Positions 46,434 to 54,307 of a stretch of 64,000 nt of DNA are shown here, piece by piece. Below the pieces are notes generated by a model. That model was not told the origin of the DNA. It searched no databases and was given only the letters and a program-made list of their open reading frames with translations. The translations under genes were made by a program, and so were the position numbers. Where the stretch lies: the IMG/VR virus record IMGVR_UViG_3300005518_000016, positions 7,077-71,076 of that record, one strand, 5' to 3'. Within the stretch, counting starts at the first letter, position 1. Every line of letters starts with the position of its first letter. The stretch is from a virus.

Positions 46434-46956
46434 CGGCGTCCGGTTCCAGGCCTACGATGCCCACGGTCACAGACGTTTCGTTGAGGGCGGCCTCCTGGGC
46501 CTCCTTCAGCGCCTCATTCCCATCGATCTCATTCGCTTCCCGCCACGCCTCCCACGCCTTCTCAGCATCCTTGTAGGTCGAGTAGACCCGCTGGGCCTCG
46601 GCGACCTCCTCCGTCGACAGCCGGCGATAGAGGGTCCCGCGGGTATAGACCGTGGACGTCTCACCCCCCTCGTCCTCCTGATAGACCACGGTGGAGTACT
46701 TCCCCTTGGTCCCGATCAGGTGGATCTGGAGGACCTCGAGTGCAGGCTCGTCGTAGTGGGCCTCGATGAGGGTGGCGGGTACCCGCACCTTCCCTTGGGT
46801 TCGCACCTTCTTCCGGAGCTTGTCCCGCAGCGCGGACTTGGTCGGGGCCTCGAGCCGCTCCTCCAGGTACCGCGCCCAGAACTTGCCGGCGGGGGTGAGG
46901 TAGATCGGGAAGGTGATCCCGTCGATCTCTTCGTGGAGCACGGGGGTATCAGGCAT
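46426..46956 (-). CDS. Hypothetical protein
   Basis: 176 aa, coupled. Confidence 0.6.
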   Translation of the reverse strand: MPDTPVLHEEIDGITFPIYLTPAGKFWARYLEERLEAPTKSALRDKLRKKVRTQGKVRVPATLIEAHYDEPALEVLQIHLIGTKGKYSTVVYQEDEGGETSTVYTRGTLYRRLSTEEVAEAQRVYSTYKDAEKAWEAWREANEIDGNEALKEAQEAALNETSVTVGIVGLEPDADE

Positions 46957-47110
46957 TGTGGGACTCCAAGACGGCCTTGACACAGTCGGCTGCCAACGCA
47001 AAGGCTTCCTCGCCGGTGAGATTGGGGAACCGCTGCTTGATCAGCTTCAAGACCGCGGCGACCGACGCCTGCCACTGGGCGTAGCTCGTCGGGTCAGGTG
47101 GCTTGGTCAT
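46949..47110 (-). CDS. Hypothetical protein (53 aa, not in the ORF track)
   Basis: MTKPPDPTSYAQWQASV...; coupled on both sides. Confidence 0.5.
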   Translation of the reverse strand: MTKPPDPTSYAQWQASVAAVLKLIKQRFPNLTGEEAFALAADCVKAVLESHNA

Positions 47111-47298
47111 ACTTGATCCTTCGCCAGTCCAACCGGCCCAAACTCCGGGTCACTCTCCCGCCCGTACCGCGTGATCCACCACTCCCGGATCTTGATCACG
47201 AAGGCCTCCTCCGATTCCGCCTCGTCCCGGGTGATCACCGGCAGCATGGGGAGTCCATCCGGGCCGGTGGGGTAGATCGTGGCGATGTAGATCGGCAT
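47107..47298 (-). CDS. Hypothetical protein
   Basis: 63 aa, GAGG RBS. Confidence 0.5.
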   Translation of the reverse strand: MPIYIATIYPTGPDGLPMLPVITRDEAESEEAFVIKIREWWITRYGRESDPEFGPVGLAKDQV

Positions 47299-47305
47299 CA
47301 GATCC

Positions 47306-47542
47306 TCACTCAGCCCCTATGCCGGCGTTGCCCCACCCATGACCAAGGGCAGATCGAATCTCCCGCTGCAGCTCAGTCTTGCGGACGGGAAACTGGAACG
47401 TGCTGCAGCAACCATCCCGGTCCATCGGGGTGAAGAGGTAGTACTTCTCATCCCCCGACTGGAAGACCATGAAGCGGGATCCCCGGCGGTTGCGAACTAC
47501 CGCGATGTACTGCTTCACCATGTACCGGCGGTTCATCGTCAT
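47306..47542 (-). CDS. Hypothetical protein
   Basis: 78 aa, GGAGGAG RBS. Confidence 0.5.
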   Translation of the reverse strand: MTMNRRYMVKQYIAVVRNRRGSRFMVFQSGDEKYYLFTPMDRDGCCSTFQFPVRKTELQREIRSALGHGWGNAGIGAE

Positions 47543-47664
47543 GGCCAGAGGTCTCCTCCCCCGTCCCCACGATTCGGGTCGCGTAGCAGGCTGATGAGGA
47601 CGTCCACGATCACCAGCAGCGCGATCACGCTCCAGACGCTGTACCAGACCCAGTCGAAGGTCAT
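47539..47664 (-). CDS. Small membrane protein
   Basis: One hydrophobic helix (WYSVWSVIALLVIVDVLISLL). Confidence 0.5.
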   Translation of the reverse strand: MTFDWVWYSVWSVIALLVIVDVLISLLRDPNRGDGGGDLWP

Positions 47665-47972
47665 GTCGGATCGTCCCCGACCTCCACCTTCCGCTGGACC
47701 GCCTCCGCCCCCTCCTGCCCGATCGCCACGAGGCACTTCCCGAGCGCCTCCACGACCGCCTCGATCTCCTCCACCGCCGTGCCGCTGGCGAAGGCGAGGT
47801 TCCACGCGAGGTTGGGCACGCCGCGATAATCTCTGGTGGTCCGGTCGTAGACCTGGATGGGGATCCTGAGCCGGGTGGGCTCGCCCGCTTCCTGGTCGTC
47901 CAGCAGGGTCTGCTCCAGCTTTTGTTTGGGGGTGGGTCGGTCGCCGGGTGACGTCACACTCAACTGTGGCAT
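47661..47972 (-). CDS. Hypothetical protein, first gene of the leftward arm (leaderless)
   Basis: ATG 7 nt after the TAGGCT -10 box. Confidence 0.55.
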   Translation of the reverse strand: MPQLSVTSPGDRPTPKQKLEQTLLDDQEAGEPTRLRIPIQVYDRTTRDYRGVPNLAWNLAFASGTAVEEIEAVVEALGKCLVAIGQEGAEAVQRKVEVGDDPT

Positions 47973-47979
47973 GTTTATC

Positions 47980-48008
47980 AGCCTATCAACTGACATGGGT
48001 AAAGTCAA
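47980..48008 (-). promoter_or_regulatory. Sigma70-type promoter TTGACT-N17-TAGGCT, leaderless-type
   Basis: -35 at 48003-48008, -10 at 47980-47985, ATG 7 nt downstream. Confidence 0.75.
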
Positions 48009-48202
48009 TGGGTGGGACGATACGCCCACTAGCGGACCGTTGTCAAATGGAAAAGTGAGGGGGGCAGATGGCCTATTTTGGAGGGGTTGATCGGGTACCC
48101 AGATCGGGAGTAGGGTAGGCCGTTCGGTACAAGGAAAAAGGGCCTCGAGGCTGCCACACCACAAAGGCCCTTCAGATTGGAGACGGCGGAAACGGAGCTG
48201 AG

Positions 48203-49177
48203 ATGGTCAAGATCGTACGGCAGGACCCGTCAGCAAGTCAAGCCCCCTTCCCAGATCCCCTCCCCGGCATCATTTCTTTCGGCAGTATCAACCTCCTGGC
48301 CGGCGCCAGCGGGGTCGGCAAGACCTGCCTGACGGCATGGCTGCTCACCAGATTCAGGGACGGCACACCGATCTTCGGGCGGACTCCGAATATCCCGGCC
48401 AAGATCGCCTACCTCAGTGCCGACCGCGGATGGGCGTCGACACGGGTGTGGCTGGACCGTGTCGGGTACGGCGATCTCGCCTTCTACTCCCTGACCGACG
48501 ATGCCAACTTCGCCCTGAATAAACTCGAGAACGTCAACAACCGGCGGGCGTCCGCGCGCACGGCGGTCCTGCGCGATTGCTTGGAGCAGCTCGGGCTCAT
48601 TCCCAACTCGCTCGTGGTGATCGATCCCATTGCCCTCTTCCTCGGGGGCGATCTGAACAACTACGACACCTGCGCGATTGCCTTGATTGGGATTCGGCGC
48701 CTGTGCCGGGAATTCGGGATCACGATCATCGGCTTGGCACACGCCAGCAAGCAGAAGGCGGACAAACGGGATCAATATAAACGGTTGCAGGACCGGATTC
48801 TCGGGTCAGCCGCCCAGCACGGGTACGGTGACACTCAGATGTACCTTGCCTCCCCGGAAGAGACCGGGAAGCAGACCTATACATTCCTCTGGCATCCCCA
48901 CTTGTCGGAGGCTCAGACCTTCGCGCTTGAACGCGATCCCAAAACGGGTCTCTTCCTCAGCACCTATGACGCAGACCATCCGTTTACGGAGAACGAGGAG
49001 CGGATACTGGCGTCCATTGACAACACCCCGGAGGGTACGGCCTATGGTGCCATTCTCAAGGCCTGTTCCCCCCCTATGGACGAGAACCAGGTCTACCGGT
49101 GTACGCGGGACCTCCTCCACGCCGGGTGGCTCCTCCAGCCGAAACACGGGCGGTACCGGAGGGCGAAAGTCAACTGA
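48203..49177 (+). CDS. RepA/AAA_25-like replicative helicase-type ATPase with a possible C-terminal wHTH
   Basis: LLAGASGVGKT, AYLSAD, LVVIDPI, IIGLAHASK, ILGSAA. Confidence 0.8.
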   Translation: MVKIVRQDPSASQAPFPDPLPGIISFGSINLLAGASGVGKTCLTAWLLTRFRDGTPIFGRTPNIPAKIAYLSADRGWASTRVWLDRVGYGDLAFYSLTDDANFALNKLENVNNRRASARTAVLRDCLEQLGLIPNSLVVIDPIALFLGGDLNNYDTCAIALIGIRRLCREFGITIIGLAHASKQKADKRDQYKRLQDRILGSAAQHGYGDTQMYLASPEETGKQTYTFLWHPHLSEAQTFALERDPKTGLFLSTYDADHPFTENEERILASIDNTPEGTAYGAILKACSPPMDENQVYRCTRDLLHAGWLLQPKHGRYRRAKVN

Positions 49178-49218
49178 CAATCCACCTCAGCCTTGACTCT
49201 GACCTGCTCGTAGGGGGG

Positions 49219-49416
49219 GTGAGATTTGGGGGACTCTGTGGCCTAAGTACCTGTACCAGTACCTATTTAGTACTGATTTAAAGAGCGTGAGATTTGGGTG
49301 AGATTTGGGTGAGAGAGCGTGAGATTTGGGTGAGATCTCGCGCCAATCTCACGGAAATCTCAAACCTCTAACCCTAATGGACACCGTAGGATACGCTGAA
49401 AAATGGCAAATCTCAC
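49219..49416. repeat. Iteron-like array (GTGAGATTTGG), putative replication origin
   Basis: Full copies at 49219, 49287, 49298, 49319; partial copies at 49309 and 49330; 23-bp direct repeat 49282-49304 / 49314-49336; inverted copies at 49343, 49355, 49407; AT-rich spacer. Confidence 0.75.
49247..49273. repeat. GTAC array 3 (4 GTAC in 27 bp) inside the putative origin
   Basis: gtacctgtaccagtacctatttagtac; AGTACCTGTAC is shared with array 1. Confidence 0.7.
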
Positions 49417-49483
49417 TCGCGCGTGTACGCGACCCCCCTCTCTATAGAAGCTCAACCGTAGACTTTCGCTTTGGAGGTGCCTG

Positions 49484-49654
49484 ATGCCAACTCCCAATTC
49501 AGCCCCGCCCACGCCCCCACGTGTGAACTGGTACGACATCGCTGGCCTACCCCCCGTGGAACTCTTTGAGATCCTCCGGGAGGAGGGGTACACCACGGAG
49601 GAGATCCTCGCCATTGCGGCGTTTGCCATTGCCGAGGCTATTGCCAACAAATGA
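49484..49654 (+). CDS. Hypothetical protein (56 aa, not in the ORF track)
   Basis: GGAGGTG RBS; MPTPNSAPP...AIANK. Confidence 0.55.
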   Translation: MPTPNSAPPTPPRVNWYDIAGLPPVELFEILREEGYTTEEILAIAAFAIAEAIANK

Positions 49655-49742
49655 TCCCCCTCCCCTCCCCACCTCGAGCGCGTCCCCCACCTTGGCCCCC
49701 CGCGTGCAGCACGCTTCCCAGATTCAGGCAAGGAGCAAGACC

Positions 49743-50045
49743 ATGGACCCGATCCCCGCCGATCAGAAACTCATCACCGAGCACCCGGAGCTGGTGGACC
49801 CTATCTCTGGGGTGATCCCCCCGCCCCCGCCTGCGGCGCCACCAGCCCCAGCTGAGCCAGCCACCGATTCCACACGTCCCATGGAGGAGGAGGCGGACGC
49901 GAGCCAAGCCCAGGAGGCCGCGCCCGCTCGGCATCACCTGCGCCCGCGACCCCGGCAGGCGGCCCACGATCGGCATGAGCGGGTCCGGGCGGCGATGCCC
50001 AGGGCGGGGGCGAAGCGGACGGGGCGAACGCCGAAGAGACGCTAA
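49743..50045 (+). CDS. Pro-rich/basic hypothetical protein
   Basis: AAGGAG RBS before ATG 49743. Confidence 0.5.
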   Translation: MDPIPADQKLITEHPELVDPISGVIPPPPPAAPPAPAEPATDSTRPMEEEADASQAQEAAPARHHLRPRPRQAAHDRHERVRAAMPRAGAKRTGRTPKRR

Positions 50046-50281
50046 CGCTTGGCGTCCTTGGCCTTGGCCACACTGGCGGGATGCGACGACCACCAGACGT
50101 GCTCAGCGATGCAGATCATCTCGACTTGCTCCACCGCGCGGCCGTGCTGCCAGACAGTGCGGATCCGGCCGTTGGGGAGCGGCATGATGTCGTACTGGGG
50201 CTGCACGCCTCGGTAATCATGCCGCCACAGGGAGTAGCGCTCGCAGCGCCGGCAGCGGTCGAGGCGGGGGCGCCCCTTCAC
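50042..50281 (-). CDS. Hypothetical Cys-containing protein
   Basis: GTGA coupling; CRRC...C..H. Confidence 0.45.
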   Translation of the reverse strand: MKGRPRLDRCRRCERYSLWRHDYRGVQPQYDIMPLPNGRIRTVWQHGRAVEQVEMICIAEHVWWSSHPASVAKAKDAKR

Positions 50282-50466
50282 CGCGGCGGCCTCGTCCGCA
50301 GCGGAGCACTGTACGGCACCTCGTCCAGGGAGTGGGTGGTCCAGCGGAACACCAAGGCACACCCGCCCAAGGTGAGGCAGACCAGCAGGACGATCACCAG
50401 CCAGAGACGCCAGAGACTGAGCCTGTACTGGGTGTGGTACAGGCTGTCGAGGTCGTCGCGGATCAT
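50278..50466 (-). CDS. Small membrane protein
   Basis: Hydrophobic helix LWLVIVLLVCLTLGGCALVF. Confidence 0.5.
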   Translation of the reverse strand: MIRDDLDSLYHTQYRLSLWRLWLVIVLLVCLTLGGCALVFRWTTHSLDEVPYSAPLRTRPPR

Positions 50467-50840
50467 GGGATCTCCACTTCGGCCAGGTACCAGCTCTCGC
50501 TGCCGGCCGATTCCTCAATGGTCTGGTACGCCGCGTCGTCGTCCCACTCGGTGATGTCCACGTCGTAGAACTCCGCGGCCGATTCCAAGGCGTCCCGCTT
50601 GGTCAGGTGGAGCTCGATGCCGCTCACGCCGTGGGCGGTGTTGGAGACAAACAGGGCCCAGACCTTCGGGTTAGGATCCTCCAGAAGTACCCCGCAGTCC
50701 GGGCAGCGGGTGGGCGCGGTGATGCCCTTGTCGTGCAGCTCCTGCCAGAGCGCGGCGTGGTCTAGGTCGCACACGTGGTAGTTGGGTGCCGGCACGCTCG
50801 CCTTGGCCATCCGGAGTTTAGCCTTCGTCGTCTTGGTCAT
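50463..50840 (-). CDS. Hypothetical protein
   Basis: 125 aa, CPDCG. Confidence 0.55.
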   Translation of the reverse strand: MTKTTKAKLRMAKASVPAPNYHVCDLDHAALWQELHDKGITAPTRCPDCGVLLEDPNPKVWALFVSNTAHGVSGIELHLTKRDALESAAEFYDVDITEWDDDAAYQTIEESAGSESWYLAEVEIP

Positions 50841-51258
50841 CCTCGTCCTCCTCCGGCTCGGGCCGGTCCTCCTCCAATGTCAGGTTGGTCTCAGTCGGGC
50901 GTTTCTCGGTGATCCCCTCCTCGTCGCCCAGCCACCAGCCGCCTCCCTCCTTCCGCAGCTCGGCCAGGTGTCTGGGGTGGGGGACCTGATCCTCCGGGGT
51001 CTGACTGGCCACTCTGGTAGCCGCGACTACAGGCCAGGCCAGGATCCCGATGATGTAGATTCGATCACACCCATGCTTGGCCGTGCAGGAGAACCGGGAG
51101 GTCCTCGCGTCCCAGTAGGTGTAAAGGCGGCCGGCGCGGATCCGGTAGACCTTCCCGCAGTGGGGACACTCCAGGGTGAAGCTCTCCGGGCGGGCGAAGA
51201 AGCGCGTGGCCCGGCGGATCCTCGGGCGGTTGTCTGGGCGGTAGTACTGGTCCGCCAT
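50818..51258 (-). CDS. Zinc-finger hypothetical protein
   Basis: CPHCG...CTAKHGC, acidic tail. Confidence 0.55.
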   Translation of the reverse strand: MADQYYRPDNRPRIRRATRFFARPESFTLECPHCGKVYRIRAGRLYTYWDARTSRFSCTAKHGCDRIYIIGILAWPVVAATRVASQTPEDQVPHPRHLAELRKEGGGWWLGDEEGITEKRPTETNLTLEEDRPEPEEDEDDQDDEG

Positions 51259-51551
51259 CACCGGACCTTGCGGATGTAGCGGACCCACTTGTAGTCCCAG
51301 TCGGCGGAGATGCCCCCCCGGGATCGAATGGTCTTGATCTCTAGGTGACACGGCCGCCAGCCCGTGGATCGGCCCACAATGAACCGGCGCCGTTCGCCGC
51401 ACAGGGTTTCGACCTCCACTCTCCAGCCCTCGTACCCGGTCAGCTTGGGCGAGAGACCGGCCAGGTTCCGGATCGCGGCGCGCTCGCGGTCGGTGAGCTG
51501 GTTCCAGCGGGCCTGTGTCATCCCCTCCAGGGGGTCTACGGTGGTACTCAT
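51258..51551 (-). CDS. Hypothetical protein
   Basis: L.GYEGWRVEV...RRFIVGRSTGWRPCHLEI....S.GG pattern seen in phages. Confidence 0.6.
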   Translation of the reverse strand: MSTTVDPLEGMTQARWNQLTDRERAAIRNLAGLSPKLTGYEGWRVEVETLCGERRRFIVGRSTGWRPCHLEIKTIRSRGGISADWDYKWVRYIRKVR

Positions 51552-51775
51552 CAGTGCCCTCCTCGAATCTCGATCTCCCCCCACTCCAGCAGGGTGCCGA
51601 CGCCGCAGACTTGGTGCGCCCCGCAGGCCTCGCAGGGATCCCCCTCGGCATCCTCCTCGATGGGCCCTTGGACGTGGCCACAATAGCGACACCGGCCCTC
51701 GTAGCTGTCCTCGGCATGGCGGTACTGCCCCTCGGTCATGCGGAATGGGAGTACCGATCGGTTCCTCGGTGCCAT
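51551..51775 (-). CDS. Zinc-ribbon protein
   Basis: GRCRYCG...IEEDAEGDPCEACG; AGGAG RBS. Confidence 0.6.
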   Translation of the reverse strand: MAPRNRSVLPFRMTEGQYRHAEDSYEGRCRYCGHVQGPIEEDAEGDPCEACGAHQVCGVGTLLEWGEIEIRGGH

Positions 51776-51925
51776 TTTCGCTCTCCTTTCACCTATGCCC
51801 CGCTCTCGGAGCCTCTGTACGCCTCTCCAGCGCGCCCGGATCCGCCCCGCTACCCCCCCATGCTGCCGCCTGCCGTTCGCGTGCTGGCGGGCAGCCGGCG
51901 GGGGCGTGGCGAGCTAGAAATGGTC

Positions 51926-52132
51926 CTACCCGGGTGTGGTCCGGCGGATCCGCTCCTGCCATCCCTCCTCCAGCTCCCGGTACCTCCTGCCGGTGTCCTC
52001 CTCGCTAGTCCCGTGGGCCGGGTGCCAACTCTCGCGCGGGCAGCTGGGCCAGACGCGGGGGCAGTACTGGCAGCCGCACAGGGGGCAGACGGTGTACGGA
52101 TGGTCGTGCAGCCTGCAGCGGTGAATCTTCAT
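51926..52132 (-). CDS. Small Cys-rich protein
   Basis: CPLCGCQYC; AGGAG RBS. Confidence 0.5.
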   Translation of the reverse strand: MKIHRCRLHDHPYTVCPLCGCQYCPRVWPSCPRESWHPAHGTSEEDTGRRYRELEEGWQERIRRTTPG

Positions 52133-52365
52133 CGACGTGGCTCCTGCACTCCTGCTCGCCTGCGTATGCGGGTCGTCAGGGCCCAGTACTTCCGGGCGGT
52201 GTCGTAGCCGGTGCAGGGCTGCTGATGCCCATCCCGCTGGCGGTCCTCGGACTGGCTCACGCAGGTACACCCCATCGCGGCGATGTGTCCCGCGGCCTCA
52301 TCCAAGGCGGTGAGCAGCGCGCGGATCTGCCGTTCGGTGGCTCGGTGCATCAACGGTTCAGGCAT
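52129..52365 (-). CDS. Hypothetical protein
   Basis: GGAGG RBS, coupled. Confidence 0.5.
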   Translation of the reverse strand: MPEPLMHRATERQIRALLTALDEAAGHIAAMGCTCVSQSEDRQRDGHQQPCTGYDTARKYWALTTRIRRRAGVQEPRR

Positions 52366-52484
52366 CAATCCATCCTCCAGAAGTACGCCCACCCTCGCCC
52401 GCGGGTCACACGCACACACCGCGACTCCGCAAATCCCCCGGCGCGATACCAGGCGGCCTTCCGCATCCGCAGGTAGCCAATCAT
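52365..52484 (-). CDS. Small hypothetical protein (39 aa)
   Basis: GGAGGAG RBS; MIGYLRMRKAAWYRAGGF... Confidence 0.45.
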   Translation of the reverse strand: MIGYLRMRKAAWYRAGGFAESRCVRVTRGRGWAYFWRMD

Positions 52485-52519
52485 CGAATCTCCTCCCTCG
52501 CCCCTATACGCGCGCGCGA

Positions 52520-52578
52520 GTACTGGGGTGTACCCACTAGGGTACGTACACCTAGGGTGTACGTACCGTACTAGGTAC
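52520..52578. repeat. GTAC array 4 (8 GTAC in 59 bp) with a perfect 12-bp inverted repeat
   Basis: GGTACGTACACC-TAG-GGTGTACGTACC at 52541-52567; intergenic. Confidence 0.9.
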
Positions 52579-52594
52579 TCCTCCGATAGCGCCG

Positions 52595-52891
52595 CTAGGC
52601 TCGCATCCCCCCGTCTGCCTTGGCGCAGTCCATCAGGGCACAGGCACACAGGCGCCCGCGATCCCCCGATTGCACATCCGGGAATTTCCCTTCAAGCTCC
52701 TCCATCTTGGAATGCGGGAACATCCCGAATCTCACCAGGGCTTTCTCGTTGGCGCTGAATCCCTGCCAGGCCTTGGCGGCCTCGGCGGCGATCAGCTGCA
52801 GGGTGGGCTCGTCGTAGCGGCGGTCGGTTGAGACAGTCTGTAGGCTCATGGTCTGAAAACTCCCTCCTAAGTCGATTGCCGTTGTGGTCAT
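52595..52891 (-). CDS. Hypothetical protein
   Basis: GAGGT RBS, ATGA coupling. Confidence 0.55.
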   Translation of the reverse strand: MTTTAIDLGGSFQTMSLQTVSTDRRYDEPTLQLIAAEAAKAWQGFSANEKALVRFGMFPHSKMEELEGKFPDVQSGDRGRLCACALMDCAKADGGMRA

Positions 52892-53391
52892 GGAACGTAC
52901 CTCTTGGCCCATGCGTTGAAGTCCTCCGCGGCCTCGGGGTACTTGGTCCAGTCCGGTTCAAACCCTCCGCGGGCGATCCACTCCAGGAGGGCCTGTCTCA
53001 GCTCCCGCAGCCGGCCAGGGTCGGTACAGCGGCTCTGCTCCGCCAGGTTGGCATTCGGGTCCATCAGAAGTTCCCCCCTCATCAGCTTCCGTGCGGCCTG
53101 AATCTCCACGTTGGCCTGTTTGATGACCTCGGCCCGTTTCTGCTGATCGGCGTCGTGCTCCGCCGCCGTGCGGACCTTCCCGATCCGCTTGGCGTGCGCC
53201 ATGGCGGCGAGATCACAGGTGGTCCAGTCCGCCGGTCCCGCGATGACCTCGCCCGTCCCGTAGATGTACCCGGGCCGATCATCCGGGTTCCCTTGGTGAT
53301 GCCCCTCGGCGGTCGATCTCCATGCGGATTCCACCGTCGGCGCGTCGATCACCATCCAGCGACGGGCCGATACCTTCACAATCACAATCAT
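52888..53391 (-). CDS. Hypothetical protein
   Basis: C-terminal MDPNANLAEQ...WIARGGFEPDW resembles a common small phage domain. Confidence 0.5.
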   Translation of the reverse strand: MIVIVKVSARRWMVIDAPTVESAWRSTAEGHHQGNPDDRPGYIYGTGEVIAGPADWTTCDLAAMAHAKRIGKVRTAAEHDADQQKRAEVIKQANVEIQAARKLMRGELLMDPNANLAEQSRCTDPGRLRELRQALLEWIARGGFEPDWTKYPEAAEDFNAWAKRYVP

Positions 53392-53642
53392 TTGGATCCC
53401 CCTCCCTCCTCCACAATCAGATCCCCCCCTACCTGCCTCACGGTGCATCCGGTACTTTCCAACCACGCTTTGGTGGCCCACTTCCCACGGCGGATCGCCA
53501 CCTCGGTCAGCAGGCAGGGCATGAGCCAGCACGCCCGCGGGTGCCGGCCGCAGCCCAGGCAGCGCGGCGCGCCCGCGGCAGGAGCGGGCCCCCCTTTCGG
53601 AGGGCCCGTGGTGGTGAGTGGCCGCCTAGAATCGGATGCCAT
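53388..53642 (-). CDS. Hypothetical protein
   Basis: CLGC...C...C, coupled. Confidence 0.45.
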   Translation of the reverse strand: MASDSRRPLTTTGPPKGGPAPAAGAPRCLGCGRHPRACWLMPCLLTEVAIRRGKWATKAWLESTGCTVRQVGGDLIVEEGGGSK

Positions 53643-54099
53643 CGGTCCTCCCCTGCTGGCGGCGTACTTCCTGCCGGAGCGTGGTTACGAAGTCCTTGGC
53701 GTCCTCGGCCGGCGGCAGCTGGGGTGGTGGCGGTTGGAGCGGTGCCGGCCGTCCGGGCTGCTTGCCTCCGGTCGGCGCGTGGGCGTCCTGCTCCGCATGT
53801 CTGTGCTGCCGGCGGCGCCAGTCGAGGGCGGAGAGGGCGGTATTCCGGGCGGCGCTGAGCACGGCCATGATGCGTTCCTGTGATGGCTCGAGGCTCGAGG
53901 CTTTGCCGTCCGGGCCCCTGAGGTTGCAGATCGCCAGCTGGGCGGCGTGGTCCGCTTGGGTGAGCTGATCATCGGTCAAGCTGGCGGTGGTCTGGCAGGC
54001 GAGGAGAAACCGGAGGACGCGCGCGGCGTACTCCGGGATCGTCTCGCCCTGCGCCTGCCCGGGGCAGGTGGGGAAACCGGGCGGAGGCTGCAGGTTCAT
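53626..54099 (-). CDS. Hypothetical protein
   Basis: 157 aa, ATGA coupling. Confidence 0.5.
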   Translation of the reverse strand: MNLQPPPGFPTCPGQAQGETIPEYAARVLRFLLACQTTASLTDDQLTQADHAAQLAICNLRGPDGKASSLEPSQERIMAVLSAARNTALSALDWRRRQHRHAEQDAHAPTGGKQPGRPAPLQPPPPQLPPAEDAKDFVTTLRQEVRRQQGRTDGIRF

Positions 54100-54299
54100 G
54101 GCTTGATCCGCTCCCGGACGATCATCAGCGTAACCGGGACGCTGGCGCCATCCGCGCGTACCGTCCGGTGGTACGTGCGGATGCTCCATCGCTTGCCGGC
54201 CACGTTGCGGCGGTCGGTCGCATAGTCGTCCCGGTCGTTCTCCGGGTTTGTCGTGACGTGGGCGAATAGCAGGCGCCCCTTAGGGGTCTTGGTCCGCAT
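54096..54299 (-). CDS. Hypothetical protein
   Basis: AGGAG RBS. Confidence 0.5.
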   Translation of the reverse strand: MRTKTPKGRLLFAHVTTNPENDRDDYATDRRNVAGKRWSIRTYHRTVRADGASVPVTLMIVRERIKP

Positions 54300-54307
54300 G
54301 GCTTCTC

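Noticed and set aside
49219-49416. CRISPR array
   Set aside because: Repeats are 11-12 bp, mostly adjacent or inverted, with no regular unique spacers and no cas operon. The lone PD-(D/E)xK nuclease belongs to the recombination module.
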